Below, piece by piece: positions 21,201-21,313 of a stretch of 21,313 nucleotides of DNA (positions are counted from its first letter, which is position 1; each line of letters opens with the position of its first letter). The notes below the pieces were generated by a model. The model was not told where the DNA came from and made no database searches. It saw only the letters and a list, made by a program, of their open reading frames with translations. A program made the position numbers and the translations under genes. The DNA comes from Macrostomum lignano (taxonomy: Eukaryota). The stretch spans positions 1-21,313 of the forward strand of contig NIVC01002194.1 of NCBI GenBank assembly GCA_002269645.1, given 5' to 3'.

Positions 21201-21313
21201 TGTTGGAGCTATGGAGTGTCGGAGATATGGTGTGTCTGAGATTGAAGTGTCGGAGATATGGAGTGTCGGAGATATGGAGTGTCGGAGATATGGAGTGTCG
21301 GAGATATGGAGTG
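15243..21313 (+). repeat. Intronic G-rich satellite/minisatellite array of 15-16 nt units (roughly 380-390 units), continuing past the right edge
   Basis: The major unit is GGAGTGTCGGAGATAT. Variants are GGAGTGTCGGAGATGT, GGAGTGTCTGGGATT, GAAGTGTCGGATATT, GAAGTGTTGGAGCTAT, GGAGTGTCTGAGATT and GAAGTGTCGGAGATAT. The 16-aa period MECRRYGVSEIWSVGD in the ORF track equals 3 x 16 nt. The first units (15243-15330) are the most divergent. Confidence 0.98.

Overview
Eukaryotic (invertebrate animal) genomic DNA; the species cannot be determined from sequence alone. The left half (1-11,100) retains CpG and is crowded with transposon remnants. These include two copies of a P-like MITE (one carrying a nested foldback element, both insertions with 8-bp target-site duplications), a deleted piggyBac with a full-length but frameshifted mariner inside it, a tRNA-headed CORE-type SINE and a second foldback MITE. 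Among them is a 3-coding-exon minus-strand gene that the ORF track misses (4718-4618, 3422-3318, 2313-2277). It splices to an 80-aa neuropeptide precursor: signal peptide, KR, a 31-aa peptide, then G-RRKR. It resembles the invertebrate parathyroid-hormone-like (iPTH/PXXXamide) family and is the most interesting feature here. The right half has an AT-rich, strongly CpG-depleted 3.3-kb tract rich in TAGGCCTA palindromes, then the first coding exon of a Rho1/RhoA GTPase (14977-15132). The following intron holds a >6-kb G-rich 15/16-nt satellite with an ordered variant grammar and kb-scale higher-order repeats, preceded by a short telomere-like seed. All ORF-track entries from 15333 onward are satellite artefacts.
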